Shown here piece after piece: positions 13,298 to 45,216 of a stretch of DNA of 64,000 bases. The notes beneath the pieces are model-generated. The model saw only the letters and a list, made by a program, of their open reading frames with translations. It was not told where the DNA came from and made no database searches. This DNA is from Tubiluchus corallicola. Lineage: Eukaryota > Animalia > Priapulida. The translations under genes and the position numbers were made by a program. Location: positions 62,001 through 126,000 of the forward strand of contig JAQGDQ010000600.1 of assembly GCA_030141605.1 (NCBI GenBank), written 5' to 3'. Every line of letters starts with the position of its first letter. Position 1 is the stretch's first letter.

Positions 13298-13347
<50 letters not shown>

Positions 13348-13743
13348 CAATATACAGTATATATATATATATAATCATTTTAATAGTATACTGACGCAAA
13401 GTGAGTCGATGTGTTGTGCATATGGTTACCTCTTTTGCTTCTGTTGTTTTGTAGAAGAAACTTTACAAATTTCTTGAAGAAAAATTAACTAAAAAAGCCC
13501 TAATTTTGAACCCTGCGGCAGTTGTAACAATAGCCATATTAGAGTGAGTAACAGCAGGCAGAGATTCCCGGACTTTATACAGTTAATGAATACCTGACTC
13601 GGCGAAGATCCCCCACCAAAAATCAATAATTTCTAAAACCGAGACTCCGATTCGGTTAGAGCATTTAATTAGCACAGAGAGCGTTTGTTGGGACATGAAG
13701 TCAGACATTCCAACATTCTAGATTTTAATGGTAACCTCACTTT

Positions 13744-14229
13744 AACCTAACCACTGGGGGGGGGGCAAGCCAGCCCAACTCAGTGCCAGTCCCAAACCCG
13801 GATAAATAGGGTCAGGAAGGGCATCCGCCTGTAAAAACTGCGCCAAAACCTTCTATAAATGAGTCGGTGAGACTTAAAGATAAAGTCCGCAAAGAAGTGG
13901 TCAGACCTGCTCTAATCTATGGGCTGGAAGCAGCTTCTCTAAAGAAGACCGAAGAGAAGAAAATGGGTGTGGTGGAGATGAGGATGTTGAGATGGATGGT
14001 GGGAATAACAAGAAGAGATAAAATTAGAAATAACAATATCAGAGGAACAATAAAAGTAGTGGAAGTCTCGCAAGATTGTGATGGTATGGACACCTGAAAA
14101 GAAGAGTCGGTGAAGATCATGTGGGAAGGGAAGACATAAATGAAGAGATGGTCAACAACAGGAATGCGTGGAGAAGACTCATTCACAACGGCGACCCCGC
14201 AGAGGGAAAAGCTGGGAAGAAGAAGAAGC
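13744..14229 (+). mobile_element. non-autonomous RTE-derived retroelement, copy 1 (degenerate twister-ribozyme head)
   Basis: RTE-like 5' segment (TCAGGAAGGGCATCCGCCTGTAAAA), RTE ORF C-terminal remnants (VVRPALIYG, EMRMLRWM, RRLIHNGDP), (GAA)n tail, and TSD ATGGTAACCTC(a/c)CTT at 13728-13742 and 14230-14244. Confidence 0.85.
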
Positions 14230-15112
14230 ATGGTAACCTCCCTTGCTCCCAATTTTGCAGTGATGCTCTTGATTTTCCACCAATTGTTACTTCCACCTAA
14301 AAATAAACTGCGATCACAGTGAGCTAGAAGATACTATCAAGTAATCCATCAAACAATGTTATGAAGAAATGTAAGTGCTAACAGATTGCTTCTTTGGAAG
14401 AATAAACAAGGTAGAATGCAGGTAAGTGATTCATATCACATGCAATTTATTTTCTAAGCCAGAAGTAATACAACACAGTGTTCTCTCTAAAGTTCTGCCA
14501 AGTCAACTGAACAGGTAAAACTTTTCCATGAAGTGAAAGGAAGCCAGCAATTGATTAAAGGTAAAAGTTATGCATACTAGTTCAAGGTTCTGTACAATGA
14601 TGAAAGTTTAAACTGTATACAGAGAAATAAAACGGGTTTGTAGCTGAAATTTAATAACTTCTTGTACGATGAGATACGATATTTGATATTTTAGATATAA
14701 TATGATATTTTAGCAAGAGAATGTAATAATATGACTACCCAAAGGATGTATACATGTTTAATTACAACAAACTAATAATTAATTAAACAAAATGAAGGAA
14801 TCGTGAGCTTCGCGACACTCCGACCAGGAAGACGAAAATAACATTAACCTTCTGACTAGTGGACTATAAAGCCTTTGAAGCCATTTAACTTTCACAAGAA
14901 ATAATTGTTATCATTTCTTAATCATTTTTAATTAGCATCTAACATTTTAAGTATGAAAATGGCGTCACCAAGCCGTTTGGGCGCCGTGAATCCACGAGTA
15001 AAACAAAACGAATCATACAACAGCAATACGAAACACTTGGTAAAATTCATAATATATTGTGTCGTATCGCATCACAGTGTTCCGCACCGTGCCGCATTTT
15101 ACTCTACCATGC

Positions 15113-15383
15113 CATATCATACCATACCATATCATATCATATCATATCATATCATCATATCATATCATATCATATCATATCATATCATATCATATCATTT
15201 CATATCATCATATCATATCATATCATATCATCATATCATATCATATCATATCATATCATATCATATCATATCATATCATATCATATCATATCATATCATA
15301 TCATATCATATCATATCATATCATATCATATCATATCATATCATCATATCATATCATATCATATGATATCATATCATATCATA
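15113..15383. repeat. (ATATC)n microsatellite
   Basis: Directly visible. Explains the SYHII ORFs. A second array lies at 48845-48985. Confidence 0.95.
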
Positions 15384-15717
15384 TAATATCAAAACAGCAC
15401 AGTAGAGCTTTTGTACGAAACAGGAACAGGTATCTCTAAAATGAACTGAAAGGGAAATTAATCGTTTATTTTTGTCGTTGTCCTCTGCTGCCGCTGCCAC
15501 CGCTGCCGCCGCTGCTGTCGCTGTCGTTATTGCAGTTTATTTGTTTATTAGATCTATACAATTATTATGCTTTTGCAAAATCAGTTTTGCTCGTCTGGCA
15601 AATTTATTTTATTAATTATCTGTCGTGTTTCTAGCAAATACAGCAACTCATTATGGAAGTGAAGAAGAGTATTCTTGCGCCATATAATTTGCTAATCCTT
15701 TTATAAACTAGAATAAA

Positions 15718-23257
<7,540 letters not shown>

Positions 23258-24807
23258 GGCAGTATGTTGTTCAGTCTCGCTTTGAACACGTACAAGAGTC
23301 TGAAATAGGCATGCACCTCATAAGCTAAAAACTTTATTAAGCCAATCATTTTCACTTAATTTACCACAATAAAATTAAATTAATTTAAATATCAAGGTGA
23401 CTTTTGAGACAATGAAATGAGGTACGGAATTAATTAAATTTATTATATTAATCGTGGCAAAAAGCAAGTATCTCGTCTTTTTCATCAGTCCTGGTGCTAA
23501 ATTTGAGTAGAGAATTCTCAGTTTATTAATAACACAATTTCTTTTATTTCGTTATTCAATTTTCACTGTACTGTGGCGCCGCCGTCTTGTAAATATGATT
23601 ACTAAGCTGAGCAAGCAGTTGGGTTAGTGTTTGTGTAAAAAATTATCCAATAAAAAATTAATGACACTGATGGTTCATTTTTATAATTGACAGTAGTTTA
23701 TAGACGAACCAATTTGCAACCTTTGTGTTTGATTATAACGAAATATTTTGCCCATTTCATCAATAATACATATTTTAAACTGTTTCTTAATTATTCAGGA
23801 AATGTTTGACTTTTTGCTCAAAACTTTAATCTTAATTATCTTAGCTAATTAGAAAATTATGTGAGCAACGAGTTCGGACTAAAAATATCTGGAATTATTC
23901 AGTTCCGTTCCTAACGTCACGCTAAAAAACAATCGATTTAGATTGATGTTACGACACGAGTCTAAACCAATAAAATAATAATAGATTTGTGACGCACATA
24001 TTCAACAACAAAATGATATAAATGAAATTGAAATTACATATTACCTTGATAAATGATACCTGGGTAATCATGCATTCAACTGAACCACCACAAGTTATTT
24101 CTCTTCAACGTGGCAACTAGTTACAAAAAGCCTAAAATTTGTTCACTTGAAAGTAAAGGTCACCTGCACTTTATGTTTGATCAAACATGTGATTTTGTTT
24201 CGTTGTAAATAACAAAATAAGGGCAGCTTGACTAAATCGTGATAAAGGTGTCAGAAATGGGCAGTCAAGTTTCTTAGTGTGTGGTGAATGACTGCACGTG
24301 ATAGATGCTTAATGTACTCACTCGCTGACTGACCAATCACCTTCTCATCACCTCAAACAATCTACCTATTCTCACTTACTCCAATGCTCACTTCCTTGCC
24401 GAGATCACTCACGCAATTACCTGCTCCAGGAGACAGCTAGCATGCTTCACGCCTGGCCCTGGCGTCTGCACTAGCTGTCTGCAAGCACAGGTGCAAATAC
24501 TGAGGTAGATACGGTAAGGTATGTATTGTCACTAATAGATGGCAGCACTTGTTGCGCTGTTAATTGCAATCATTGCACCAAGTAGGGCTAGTTAGTCTTA
24601 AAATTGTAATTCATTTATGTAGGTCGATCAGTAGGCTACTTACGTAGTTTCTTTGCTGGGTCTCGTGATTCATCACCTAGCTTCAGAGGCATTGGCCGTG
24701 AACTAGCCTCTTTCAAGAGTTTATTTAGCCATGACACTCTCACTGTCAGTTTGGTAGTCTACAGCTCTTTGCTTATAATATGATTATTCTTCTGTGCAGC
24801 AATAAGG

Positions 24808-25185
24808 TTTTCACAATTTCATTGTGCGCACGCGTTGTTGCTGTAAATCAAAGATTAAGTGTACCTCAGGAACGTGTCTTAACTACAACCGTCACGTGAC
24901 GGTTGTAAAACGAAACCATCTGCCGCATCAGTTCAGTAACTTCAGTTGTTTTACGTGGACTTTTCTTAATTATGCATTAGTTTGTGCGGAGAGTGATTTA
25001 CTAGCAGGATATTGCTTGGGAACAAGAAAAAATGAACTAGGTAAGGTTCTAGCTGGCTGTTAAAACTGCTACTATTACAACAGCATGGGCTGTGAGGCGT
25101 TGTCAAGTGTACACAAATATGTTGTCTGGTGCACTTAACCTTTAGCCTTTTCACGATCATCGTCAATCGCTGGAACTGTGAAAAG
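24808..25185. repeat. dispersed repeat (second copy at ~52570-52910)
   Basis: Co-linear similarity, e.g. CAGTAACTTCAGTTGTTTTACGTG and AACAAGAAAAAATGAACTAGGTAA in both. Confidence 0.7.
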
Positions 25186-25703
25186 GATTATTTATCAAAA
25201 ATATCGCCGTTCTAATGTAGTATAAAGCGAACATTGTAACAGCAAATGTTAAAACACTGCAAATGTGCCAAAGGTTGCCGTAATGGTTACTATCATTCCA
25301 CATATTCAGCGTAATCTAGATAACTCTGTCAGCCGTTTAAACACTCCCAGACACTAAATACACAAAACAGACGGTTCTCAAGAAAAAGTGCATTTCCTGG
25401 AAGCCGTGTTCATTTATCAAATCTTGTGTCTGTTACCAAATACCAATGCTTGCTGAATGCTAAAAATACACAGGCGAACGGGGAAAACCGAAAGTTACAG
25501 ACAGACTGCGCAGTGTACATTGTAGCATACATTTTAAACACGGTAATTTATGTAAGTCACGTGACTAAAAGTGATGCAATTAGTGGCTTGGTAAGGCAGC
25601 ATTCAGTGAAGTTCAACGCTCAAAAGTTGATAAAGTTTCATCCTGATATCTTGAAATTGTGACATTCAAATTCTGCTGTATAACACAGTTAAGGTCACTT
25701 ATC

Positions 25704-28700
25704 ATGCCTTTGTTCCACACAGTAGACAGGTAAGTACAAGTAGTTTTTTAAATCTAAAAGTTACAATGCCGTTTTAGGCCTATAAATGGCACGGATCAGT
25801 GGCTCTTTATTTCACTGTAACAGTTTATAATGATTGATGAGTTGAGGTATTGTTGTAATCATTCATTCATTCATTCATTCGCTCAGCCTTTCTTTCTTTC
25901 CCTCTTCCTTCATTTCTTTCTTTCCTTCTTTCTTTCTTAAATTTCATTCATTCATTTGCTTTGTTTACTTAATTCCACCCCCATTTCTATGTATACTGTG
26001 GGTTTTTTTTTATCGTTCAGTACTATCATCTACAAATTTATCATCTAAAATACCACCTGTTTACAAATTGAAATTCGAAATGAAAAACGCCCCAAAACTA
26101 TTCATATTTTGAAAAGAGTCCGAAGACCAAACAACAACAAAAACCGAGTCTTTTTTCGGGCTGTGACTTTCCATATACACAGATTATACCAGGGAGTTTT
26201 AAAGCAAAAGAAAACACTTTTCATAAACAAAGCTTAAAAATTCGTTTTAGAATTTCATGTCACTTACACGCTGTCTTACTACGCACAGAGCTTATGAAAC
26301 TTGTAAATTTAAACTTCCGCGATGACTTTTTGGCACAGCCATTTTGACAATAAGTCGTTTGAAGCGAGTTTAGATAAAATTTAGAATAATAATCAGAGCA
26401 TTCGTAGTCCACTGTTCACCGACTAAGCAAAAGTATAACGTACTTTACTTGTCAATAAAATCAATAATGGGTTTTTGGTGAGTCAGTGGGTGCATACTGG
26501 GATTGTGATACAGTACCGTTCTGCCAGGTGGCACAAAGTAGTTACATAACTAGTTACTACCTTTCTAGTTAGATAAGTCTTTCAAACAAATGTTATGAGT
26601 TGGAGTTGATTACAAAAACACGGTGAATAAACGGAGATGCATTTGCGACATTACTTCATTTTTATTGCCAGTGAACACAAAATAACAAAAACAAAACATC
26701 GGGGCTGTCATCCTATCACTTTTTATTCTCTGATCGTATAGTATAATAGTGATTTGTATCTGTATAGATTATATATTGATTTAATCGATTCGCTTTTTAT
26801 TTAATTAATTGCTACAAGGTGATTCATCACCTGGCTCCGAGGGCTTTAGATGAGTCTATCGGGCAATAATTTTGTCCCTCAAGACTGACACTTCGACCTC
26901 GCGTTGTGAGTAAGGTCTTTGTCCCTCAAGCTATCTAGCGTTGCTCCCGCAATTGAGCTTTATTTAATTAATGCACTGCGAATCTACAGGATCGTATCTC
27001 GGATTTAGGGTTGCTTAACTTTGAACACTCTAAAGCATACATGAACTCATCAGTTACGTTTTAAAGTGAATCAAGTTTATTCGTTTACAGAATTTACTTC
27101 TATCTAGGTAGCTGCACAAGATTTGTCCTTACACGCTTGTGGGCGTTTACAACTAATGTATAGCTGCAGAAAGATACTCAAGCAATTCACTTAACAATTA
27201 ATTAGTATGCTGCACTTAAGGTGCTTAATACAATGTGAACTACAGTTATGCAGAGTTACTCTCAGTTACTAATGCGTTAAGATTACTTAACTCGGTGAAA
27301 TGACCACAATGCAGCTCGTACACATGGTCAACTCCAATGGTATTGTGAGACTTTCGTTGATCCAGTGCCCAGTCGATTTGCTGAGGACGTAGAACTTTCC
27401 ACGCTGGTGTCAAACGATATGGTCTCAGCTCCCTGTCAGATTCTCTGTGACGTCGTGTCGCCTCTCTCCCTCTGTCTGGCTCCTGACTCGCTCCTGACTC
27501 TCAATGACCGCTGACTGACGCCTCGTGTTCCCAAACTCAGAGCTTATATCCCGAAGAGCTTGGCCTTGCGAAATTCGGGCGACAGGTGACATCCCTGGAT
27601 TACCCTGGTATCCCCTGCCGGGCGATTTATGGTCAGCAAGGTGGCCTTCGTATTTTTCTGCTCCGTGGGAAAGATCCCAATTGTCGGCGATTCTTCACAA
27701 CTTCTTCCCTTGACGCCGATCTCTTCGAACGCCGATACAAGCTTGGCGTCGGCCATAAAATTCTCTTCCAAAGAAATTTGCCTATTGCGACTTTTTTTTG
27801 CGACTCTCAGCAAACGATAAAAAAACACCTCTGTGGAATAATTTGCTTCTCATTAAATCCGTGCTTACCAGCTGGATGAGTTCCTCTATTAATCAATAAA
27901 TTTATCTTATCAAATCATCAAATCAGGGAGGCATATATTTTATCTCCAAATTATCGATTCATAAATTTCTTCAAGACAATCCTGAACAACCGACATTACT
28001 TCCACCTCAATAACGACTAACTAGGTCAAAAGAAAGTTACAAAACACAGGTGAGAAGCCAACCTGGCGCTGAAATTAGAATCGGCAAGCACGTCATAACA
28101 CAGGTAAGAACAACGCTTTAATGTAACTTGTAAGGAAAGTTTTCTTGGAATATACATGTATTTTAGAATTCCCTTTTCTTCCTCTTTGACATTCGGTCAT
28201 ACATCCGCATTGAAAACAACTAAATCATTTAATTTCCAGGAATGACCTAAAGAAAGGTGATCACATATATGTATGGAGGAGTGTGAACTATGCTCACCAT
28301 GGAATATACATCGGTAACGATGAAGTTATTCACTTTACTGGACCCTGCAAAGAACGCAAAAGAGAAGCACGCGTCCATCGCGATTCTTTGGACGAATTCC
28401 TACAGGGTGGAACATTGAAAAAGTACGAATACGATTGTTCAATTCTTGGGGTGGGAGCAAAACTTTCAGGTACCTGTTGCGTACTCGAAAGAGATCACCT
28501 AGGAAACATTGTCAAAAGAGCTGAAGAGTTTTACGAAAAGCAAGATTATACGGAAAAATATGGCGAATACCATGCTCTGAACAATAACTGTGAGATGTTT
28601 GCACTGACGTGCTGCCTGGGTGAAAAAATGAATAATGACAATCCTACGAGAAGAGGAGTAATGCCAGGACCACGACAAGGCATGACTGGGACACCAGTCC

Positions 28701-28786
28701 TGGAGACGGTTGCATACCCTTACTTTGCACTGATGCGCACGGCCTCTGCTACAGGCAGTTATTTGAACACTTTGTTTAAAAAATAA
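25704..28786 (+). CDS. NC/LRAT-domain protein (permuted NlpC/P60; phospholipase/acyltransferase fold), 190 aa
   Basis: join(25704..25729,28240..28786). ATG CCT...GAC AG|GTAAGT joins TTTCCAG|G in phase 2, giving MPLFHTVDRNDLKKGDHIYVWRSVNYAHHGIYIGNDEVIHF...YHALNNNCEMFALTC with the H-H-C catalytic residues intact. The first exon is less certain than the second. Confidence 0.85.
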
Positions 28787-28947
28787 TAGATTTGTACAAA
28801 GTCGTTCATCAGCCTTAGCCAGAGTTTAAAAAAAGAACAATTACCCAGACTACAATAATAAAACATTCAAGAAATTCTAATGTCTGTGATACAAGTTTGG
28901 AAATAAGATCTGGTCTGAGACTCGCAATGGTTATGAATGGCAAATTA

Positions 28948-29099
28948 AAGTAGTCAAAATGCCCTTAAGGTCCCGAAAAATCTTCATTCTTTTCTTCAAA
29001 AGTTTTCCCCCACTTTAGAAGATGAAGTCTGTGAAGGACTAAAGTTTCTGAAAGACAAAATAAAGAATCTTTGAGACCTTAAGGGCAATTTGACTTCTT
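28948..29099. repeat. short foldback (inverted-repeat) element
   Basis: AAGTAGTCAAAATGCCCTTAAGGTC ... GACCTTAAGGGCAATTTGACTTCTT. Confidence 0.65.
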
Positions 29100-29492
29100 A
29101 TACTATTTATGATATAATTCTTCTTTTATAAAGTCAACTGTTATGGTGAAAAAAGATTCAGGTTAATTTTTTATGTAAATTATTTAAGCAAAAGCCAGTA
29201 TTATTGAAGTTTATTTTGGATATTACAACATTTGTCGTGATTTGCACATTTGTAAATGTTAGTAGTTCATAAAGTTTTGAATATTATAACAGTTCAATAA
29301 CTACATAAAATAGATATTGCCAAATCTCTAGTCTGCCGTATTAGCCTAGCTACGGCTAATGTTTGTGTGAAAACGGATTTTAAATAAAATATTAATACGA
29401 CATGACATGATGTATTTTCGTTTTCCTTCACGTACTAAAGTTATCTCACGATGCTTTAACTTGTTAAAATGGTTCGACAGTAGCTTTAAAAA

Positions 29493-39669
<10,177 letters not shown>

Positions 39670-40262
39670 GGTAGTATGTTACTTAGTCTTGTTCGCTCCT
39701 GTAGAGTAGCCCACTTTATAATGTTAAAAGCGTCATTATGCTATTAGAAAGCTAGTTAAATTTTGAATCATTATGGTACGAAAATATTAAGGTACGAAAT
39801 TGGAAGCAAAAAACTGAAACAGAATAGTTTTACAGTCCTAACGTTCAGTATTTTATTGGAAGTAAAATTTTTTTCCTTTTTTGCTTCATTTACTGTGGTG
39901 CTTTTTTCTATCACTGCATCTATATTATTACATGTATTAGTATATCTAATTTTAAACTAATATTTGCGAACCAGTAAATTGTAGAAAACCTTCTTTTAGA
40001 CAAGACTTTACTTAACTCTTGCCGAAAATTAGTAATTTTAAAAACATCTTACCTTTGATAAAGATAGTATGCAAGCTTGAGACATTACCTGAGTGCACGC
40101 TATGCAGCTACGCCAAGGCCTGCACAAAACAAATGTTTGCACATCACTGCAAGCAATCCTAGATTATTATGAGTAACCCTCAAACTGCATTAAAAGGCAT
40201 TTAGAACCTTAGTGATATTAGCAATCCTTGCATTTAGATCACAGAATGTTTTGTTTGCTGAT

Positions 40263-40595
40263 ACGGCGCATTGAGACTAGTGAGTTTTCTGAGGTGAATT
40301 TTCTCTCTGACAGAAACTCGCAAGTGTGAACAGCTTTGCGAGTTACTGTCGGCAAGAAATTGCTAACACTTCGACAATTCTTGTCTCGACGAGTTGATTT
40401 ACTGTCTAGTGTGATCGCCTCAGGCGTGGGGAGTTACTTTCTACATTCTCACAACGAATGTCAGTCAACTAGTCAGAGAAATGAGTGTCAACTAGCACTT
40501 ACTGTTGGAGAGTAACTCGCAGCACGTTTTGCTTTCCAGTCTGAACACGCTTGCGAGTCACTTTGCAAGAAAACTCGTTAGTTTGAACGCACCGT
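40263..40595. mobile_element. PIF/Harbinger-like MITE upstream of SULT B
   Basis: Imperfect TIR ACGGCGCATTGAGACTAGTGAGTTTTCT / AGAAAACTCGTTAGTTTGAACGCACCGT. Confidence 0.5.
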
Positions 40596-42032
40596 TTCTC
40601 TCATAATGATGAGTTGAGAAATTTGTGTTGCCAGGAAGTAATAAAACCCGCTTTGCGCATTTGAGGGTTAATCTACGTAGAAGGTCACTTGAGGCTTTTC
40701 ACGTTTGTTACCGTGCATCTTAGGCTCAAATTTTCATTTTCACATTAAGTGCAATATTCTGATTCGCTTCGCTTCGAACACGAATTTCAAGAAAGCAGGC
40801 TCCGCAGTTGAAAAATGGAAACTGTTTGCTGTGTAGAAGCAAGCTAGTGTGGACGAAGCTTTGATAAAAGTCGAGCCAAACTCGTGCAGTAAAAAGCAGT
40901 TTTATCACATAGCAAAATGTGAAACTAAATTAATATAAACTAGCAAAGAACTGCAAAACATTTGCAATTAAATCCGAAATTGGACCTATTTTAAACAGTT
41001 TGATCAACGTCGTCAGCAAAATCAACATCAACTTCATTATCATAATAGTCAACATCCTCGCCATCACCATCATCATCATCACAACGATCGCCGTCGTTTT
41101 GCTGCTATTTTTAGCATCATCGCCGTCATTATTACCATCATTTACCGTCTAAATCATAGCTTCGTCGCCATCATTACCATCATCACCGTCATCGTCATCA
41201 CCATAATTATTTGTGTTTGTATTTACAATTTATTCAAACAGAATGACTTTTGCCATATTACAACATTAAGAGAAAGTTTCACTAAAAGAAAGGAACGAAA
41301 GAGAGGCTAATGATTGTTGTCACGATTGTCAGAGTTACTGCCATCATTGCCAACATCTCCGCCATTTTCGTCGTTGACGTCATCATCGCTTTTCCTTACT
41401 ACTATTACTGTTATCATCATCATCGCCATCATCATCATCACCATCGTAAAACAAACGTCAACATCCAAAATATAATCAGTCGCTGGTGATCTAAATTCTG
41501 AAATACATGTTTAGTTTCTACAGACATATGTGTGGGAAAGTTGATTAGAAAAAAGTTATCATTAACGCAGCACTAAAATTTATGCAAAAACGACTAGTAC
41601 AAAGGCCATGTAACTGTGACCGAAGCCAATTTCATTGTTTTATCTGTGACCTTAGTTCTAAAGCTGAGATAGTGGCGACATATCGAACACGGCAGTGGAC
41701 GGAATCGTTAAATTTAATCAAATTCTAGCAGAGCGCTGATTTGTAAATGTCGGTTAACCACGTGACCGAGCGAAGGCGCAATTTATTCACCCACTTTCTG
41801 TGTTAGATTTCGATTTGTGCAGACGTGTGACACTATTTCACCGTAGGAATCGAAATACCGCAATAAGTAATCAGGTTTTTACTGCAAATATAATTGGAGT
41901 CGATTTAACTTGTGAATGACATAAGATCTCTAAAACATTTTATTGTTATGGTAGAGAGATTGCCACTGTCATGAATAAACGATCCTATATATTAATTTCG
42001 GCTATATATATATATATGAACATATATGTATG

Positions 42033-42428
42033 CAGGGCCTATTTCAAGGGGGGGGGGGAGTGGGGATAATTCCCCGGGGTCTCACCCTCCAGGGGGGCCT
42101 CGCGCCAAGGTAACATTTTTTTGCTTTATGCGAACATACTGCCTCCTCTCTCTCCCTCCTTCTCTCTTGCCGCACGCGCGCCGTTTGCCAGTATTGACAA
42201 GTATTAAGGACTGGTCTTGAGATTAAAAAGCAGTTTTTCTTTCAATTGTTCTTTCCTTTAACAACTGTATAACTCCATATTTTCTCTTCGAAAATGCTTC
42301 TCCGGCGTTCTAGCAGTTCAAAAATTTTCTAGGCGTCAACCATGGTAGCGCTACCCCCCCCCCCCCCCCCCGATGGGGCCTCACACGCCCCACTTCCCCG
42401 GGCCTCGCCTAGGCTGAAATAGGTCCTG
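42033..42428. mobile_element. hAT-like MITE
   Basis: TIR CAGGGCCTATTTCA / TGAAATAGGTCCTG and 8-bp TSD TATGTATG. Near-identical inverted copy at 61753-62133. Confidence 0.85.
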
Positions 42429-44143
42429 TATGTATGGATATATATATATAACCGATATGGCTACAGCTCCAACGACCGCACTATTTACGGCGATCCATAC
42501 ATCAAACGAAACGTCCGGACCCACAGATTTGCCAGTGGGATTTTATTTTTCGAATCGGGCTTACCGGGAGGAATGGGTGGCGAAAAACCTACGAAAACGC
42601 CCTTTTGACCGTTTTTTGCAAAAAACTGCAAAACTTATACCTCTTGTTTCTGGAGAACGGGAACGTACTCCACGTGCTGCTGTACTGTTTAGATGGCCCG
42701 TTTAACGATGGGTGTTATAGTCATAATTAGAATTCGGGGGAGGGCCATGACGCCCCCGTGACGGGCGTTTTCCCGGAGCCAATCACGCAAATTTTGCAGA
42801 CAATTGCTCAAACAGTCTCTAGGAAAACTTAATTTGTGCAAATGTTTCGGTATGCTGGGAAAAAAGCACACTCGCAGAAAGAGGACGAAGCGGTCTACAA
42901 AATGTCGAAGGATTTGTATCTTGGACGAAACGACAGGGGTGTATTTCGAAGTTCTTTTTCTATCCCCTCTGCTGCGTGCTACTTGGAACATCCATTGTCT
43001 TTGAGTTTGAGAAATTTCACAGCTGTTCCAGGCATTGTTGTCACCCGCCGTTCTACTGTGGTACACACTTTACATGTAAGTTGTGTTAGCCTATTATCAT
43101 CTGAGAAGCAGCAAATGATATGTGATATGGTGTGGTGTGATGTGATGAGGTGTTGTGTGGGTGGTGTGGTGTGGGTTGTGTGTTCAAAATTATGCGCAAA
43201 ATTTTTTTGCCGGGTTTGGCTAGTTATAAATTAATTGGTTTCGTTATAAGATCTATGACTTCCGATGTGTGTGTTTAATATCACGCTGTGTCTAACACCC
43301 AGGGCAACCATAGACCAGCATAAAACGCTGTTGTGCCAAAAACTTTTAAATCTCATAAAAGCAGTGAATTTTCAACATTTTTATTAGCATGAATGTCAAA
43401 TTACCATTTCCCCTTCCTAAGAGAATCAATGACAAAAAGTAGAAATTTCTGATTTACTAGGCTTATAATATGCACGTTTAAATATCGTAATGGTAGTCGA
43501 TCTGTAACAGAAATAATAATAATAATTCAATCACTGATAACATTATAGAAAACAAAGTAGGTGTACAATTATGTACCTATGCAAAAGCAGAAATAAAATA
43601 AAGGACAAGATTCGTCAAACAAATTGCAGCTTCAGTATTTCATTACAATTTATAACAAGCTAAATATACAAGAATATTCAAAAGTTTTCAACAAAAGGAA
43701 TTAACAATACACTGCTAAGCAAAAAAGATTTACGTGTATGAATCTCCCGACAATTCTTTTTACAAAAAAAGTGACTTGGTTTGTTATACAATGTCTGTAT
43801 TCAACATGAACCACAAGTTTTATTTTCAAAAATATGTGTATAATCATTATAAGATAATGATACTTATTTCTAATACATAGTAACAAATTAATAAATTTGA
43901 TTAAGAGGCATAATGTTTGTACGCAAAGACATTAGCTAATTTCAAGGGCACACACACGCATGCACAGACAAACAAGCATACACACATACACGCGCCCAAA
44001 AATATTGAGAACAGCATTGTCCAAGTCGAAATTTTGCTTTAATATCCCCTACAGAAGTGTACACAGTACACAGTACGCATATAATATGGATAACAACATA
44101 ATTATTGTCACAAGACAATAAAATTATCAATGTTAATGTAGGC

Positions 44144-44395
44144 GTGTGTGTTCCACAAAAAACTAACGATTGTGTGTTCGACAAAAAAAACTAACGATTT
44201 GTGTTCCGCAAAAAAACTAACGATTGTGTGTTCCACAAAAAAAACTAACGATTGTGTGTTCCGCAAAAAACTAACGATTGTGTGTTCCGCAAAAAACTAA
44301 TGATTGTGTGTTCGACAAAAAACTAACGATTGTGTGTTCCACAAAAAAAATTAACGATTGTGTGTTCCACAAAAAAACTAACGATTGTGTGTTTT
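44144..44395. repeat. ~28-bp minisatellite
   Basis: About 9 units of GTGTGTTCC(a/g)CAAAAAAACTAACGATT. Confidence 0.9.
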
Positions 44396-45216
44396 TGCAA
44401 CAACTAATCACAAAAACATGTGCTAAAGGTTCAAACCAAAAACGCCTTAAAAATACCATGACTGTAGACATATAATCGATTATAATGTTTAACAATAAAA
44501 AATCCGGCATTCAGAAAAATCGATTTTTGACAAAAAAAAATGGAAAAAAGCTTTCAGTAATTGCAGTGTTTGCACACTAACAATGTACACTATCACGTGT
44601 GAGATCAGCTAATGCAGAAAATTTTAACTGTCCATCTACAACACTTTTATGTACCTTGGCCTCAAGTCTACTCTATTTTTAAGTAGAAATTTCTTTTAAA
44701 AGACGAAGAGCCCTTTTTGTTTTTGGCTGATCATTTGGTTTTTCCTGGATTAGCAGCAAAACGCTGCACTGCTTGGGCTGTAGCAAGAAGGTGATCAATA
44801 AATTAGTGTGTACGGCCACGCAAGTGTACACCAGACTAAGATACTCAATAGGCTCAGTTGAAGTGCCTGAAAAGGGTGCTTTTCTTAATTTTATCTAGTT
44901 AAATCACTTATAAAAGTTTAAACAAATAGCCGTTTGGATAGCCGAGATTCTCCTGAATGGAACAGTACCTAATGTGTAATCATTTAGTTATGTCTGTGCT
45001 TTTACAGTAGCAGAAAAGTCAGAGGTCTCACAAGACTGGTGCGGTCCTGACGAAAATGTGTGCAAAACGCCTATAGAAAGATATAATAGGCTTGTTATGT
45101 AACGTTATCATTATAGTGTTTAAATAGGTGAACATTTTAATCACACCGCAGTTCTAAACACAAGCTCACCCGATAAGCCTGCTTAGTGCTTAATGAACAT
45201 GAATTATTCAAACGTT

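Noticed and set aside
23258-24071. In-frame upstream ATG giving SULT A a 23-aa extension (MITQVSFIK|TLVRVQSETEQHTA)
   Set aside because: The equivalent upstream ATG in paralog B is out of frame, and both MEWPP starts have a good Kozak context. Treated as 5'UTR, though not excluded.
24155-24172. Nuclear-receptor-like inverted repeat AGGTCA-CC-TGCACT near the SULT A start
   Set aside because: Single short motif, not reproduced at the matching position in paralog B. Chance occurrence is plausible.
26800-27880. CpG-richer segment in the NC gene intron, possibly a solo LTR, with several short ORFs
   Set aside because: No termini, TSD or recognisable protein motif could be defined.
42430-43234. 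Cluster of 60-130 aa ORFs between SULT B and the CYP
   Set aside because: No recognisable domain or consistent splice structure. Probably repeat-derived.
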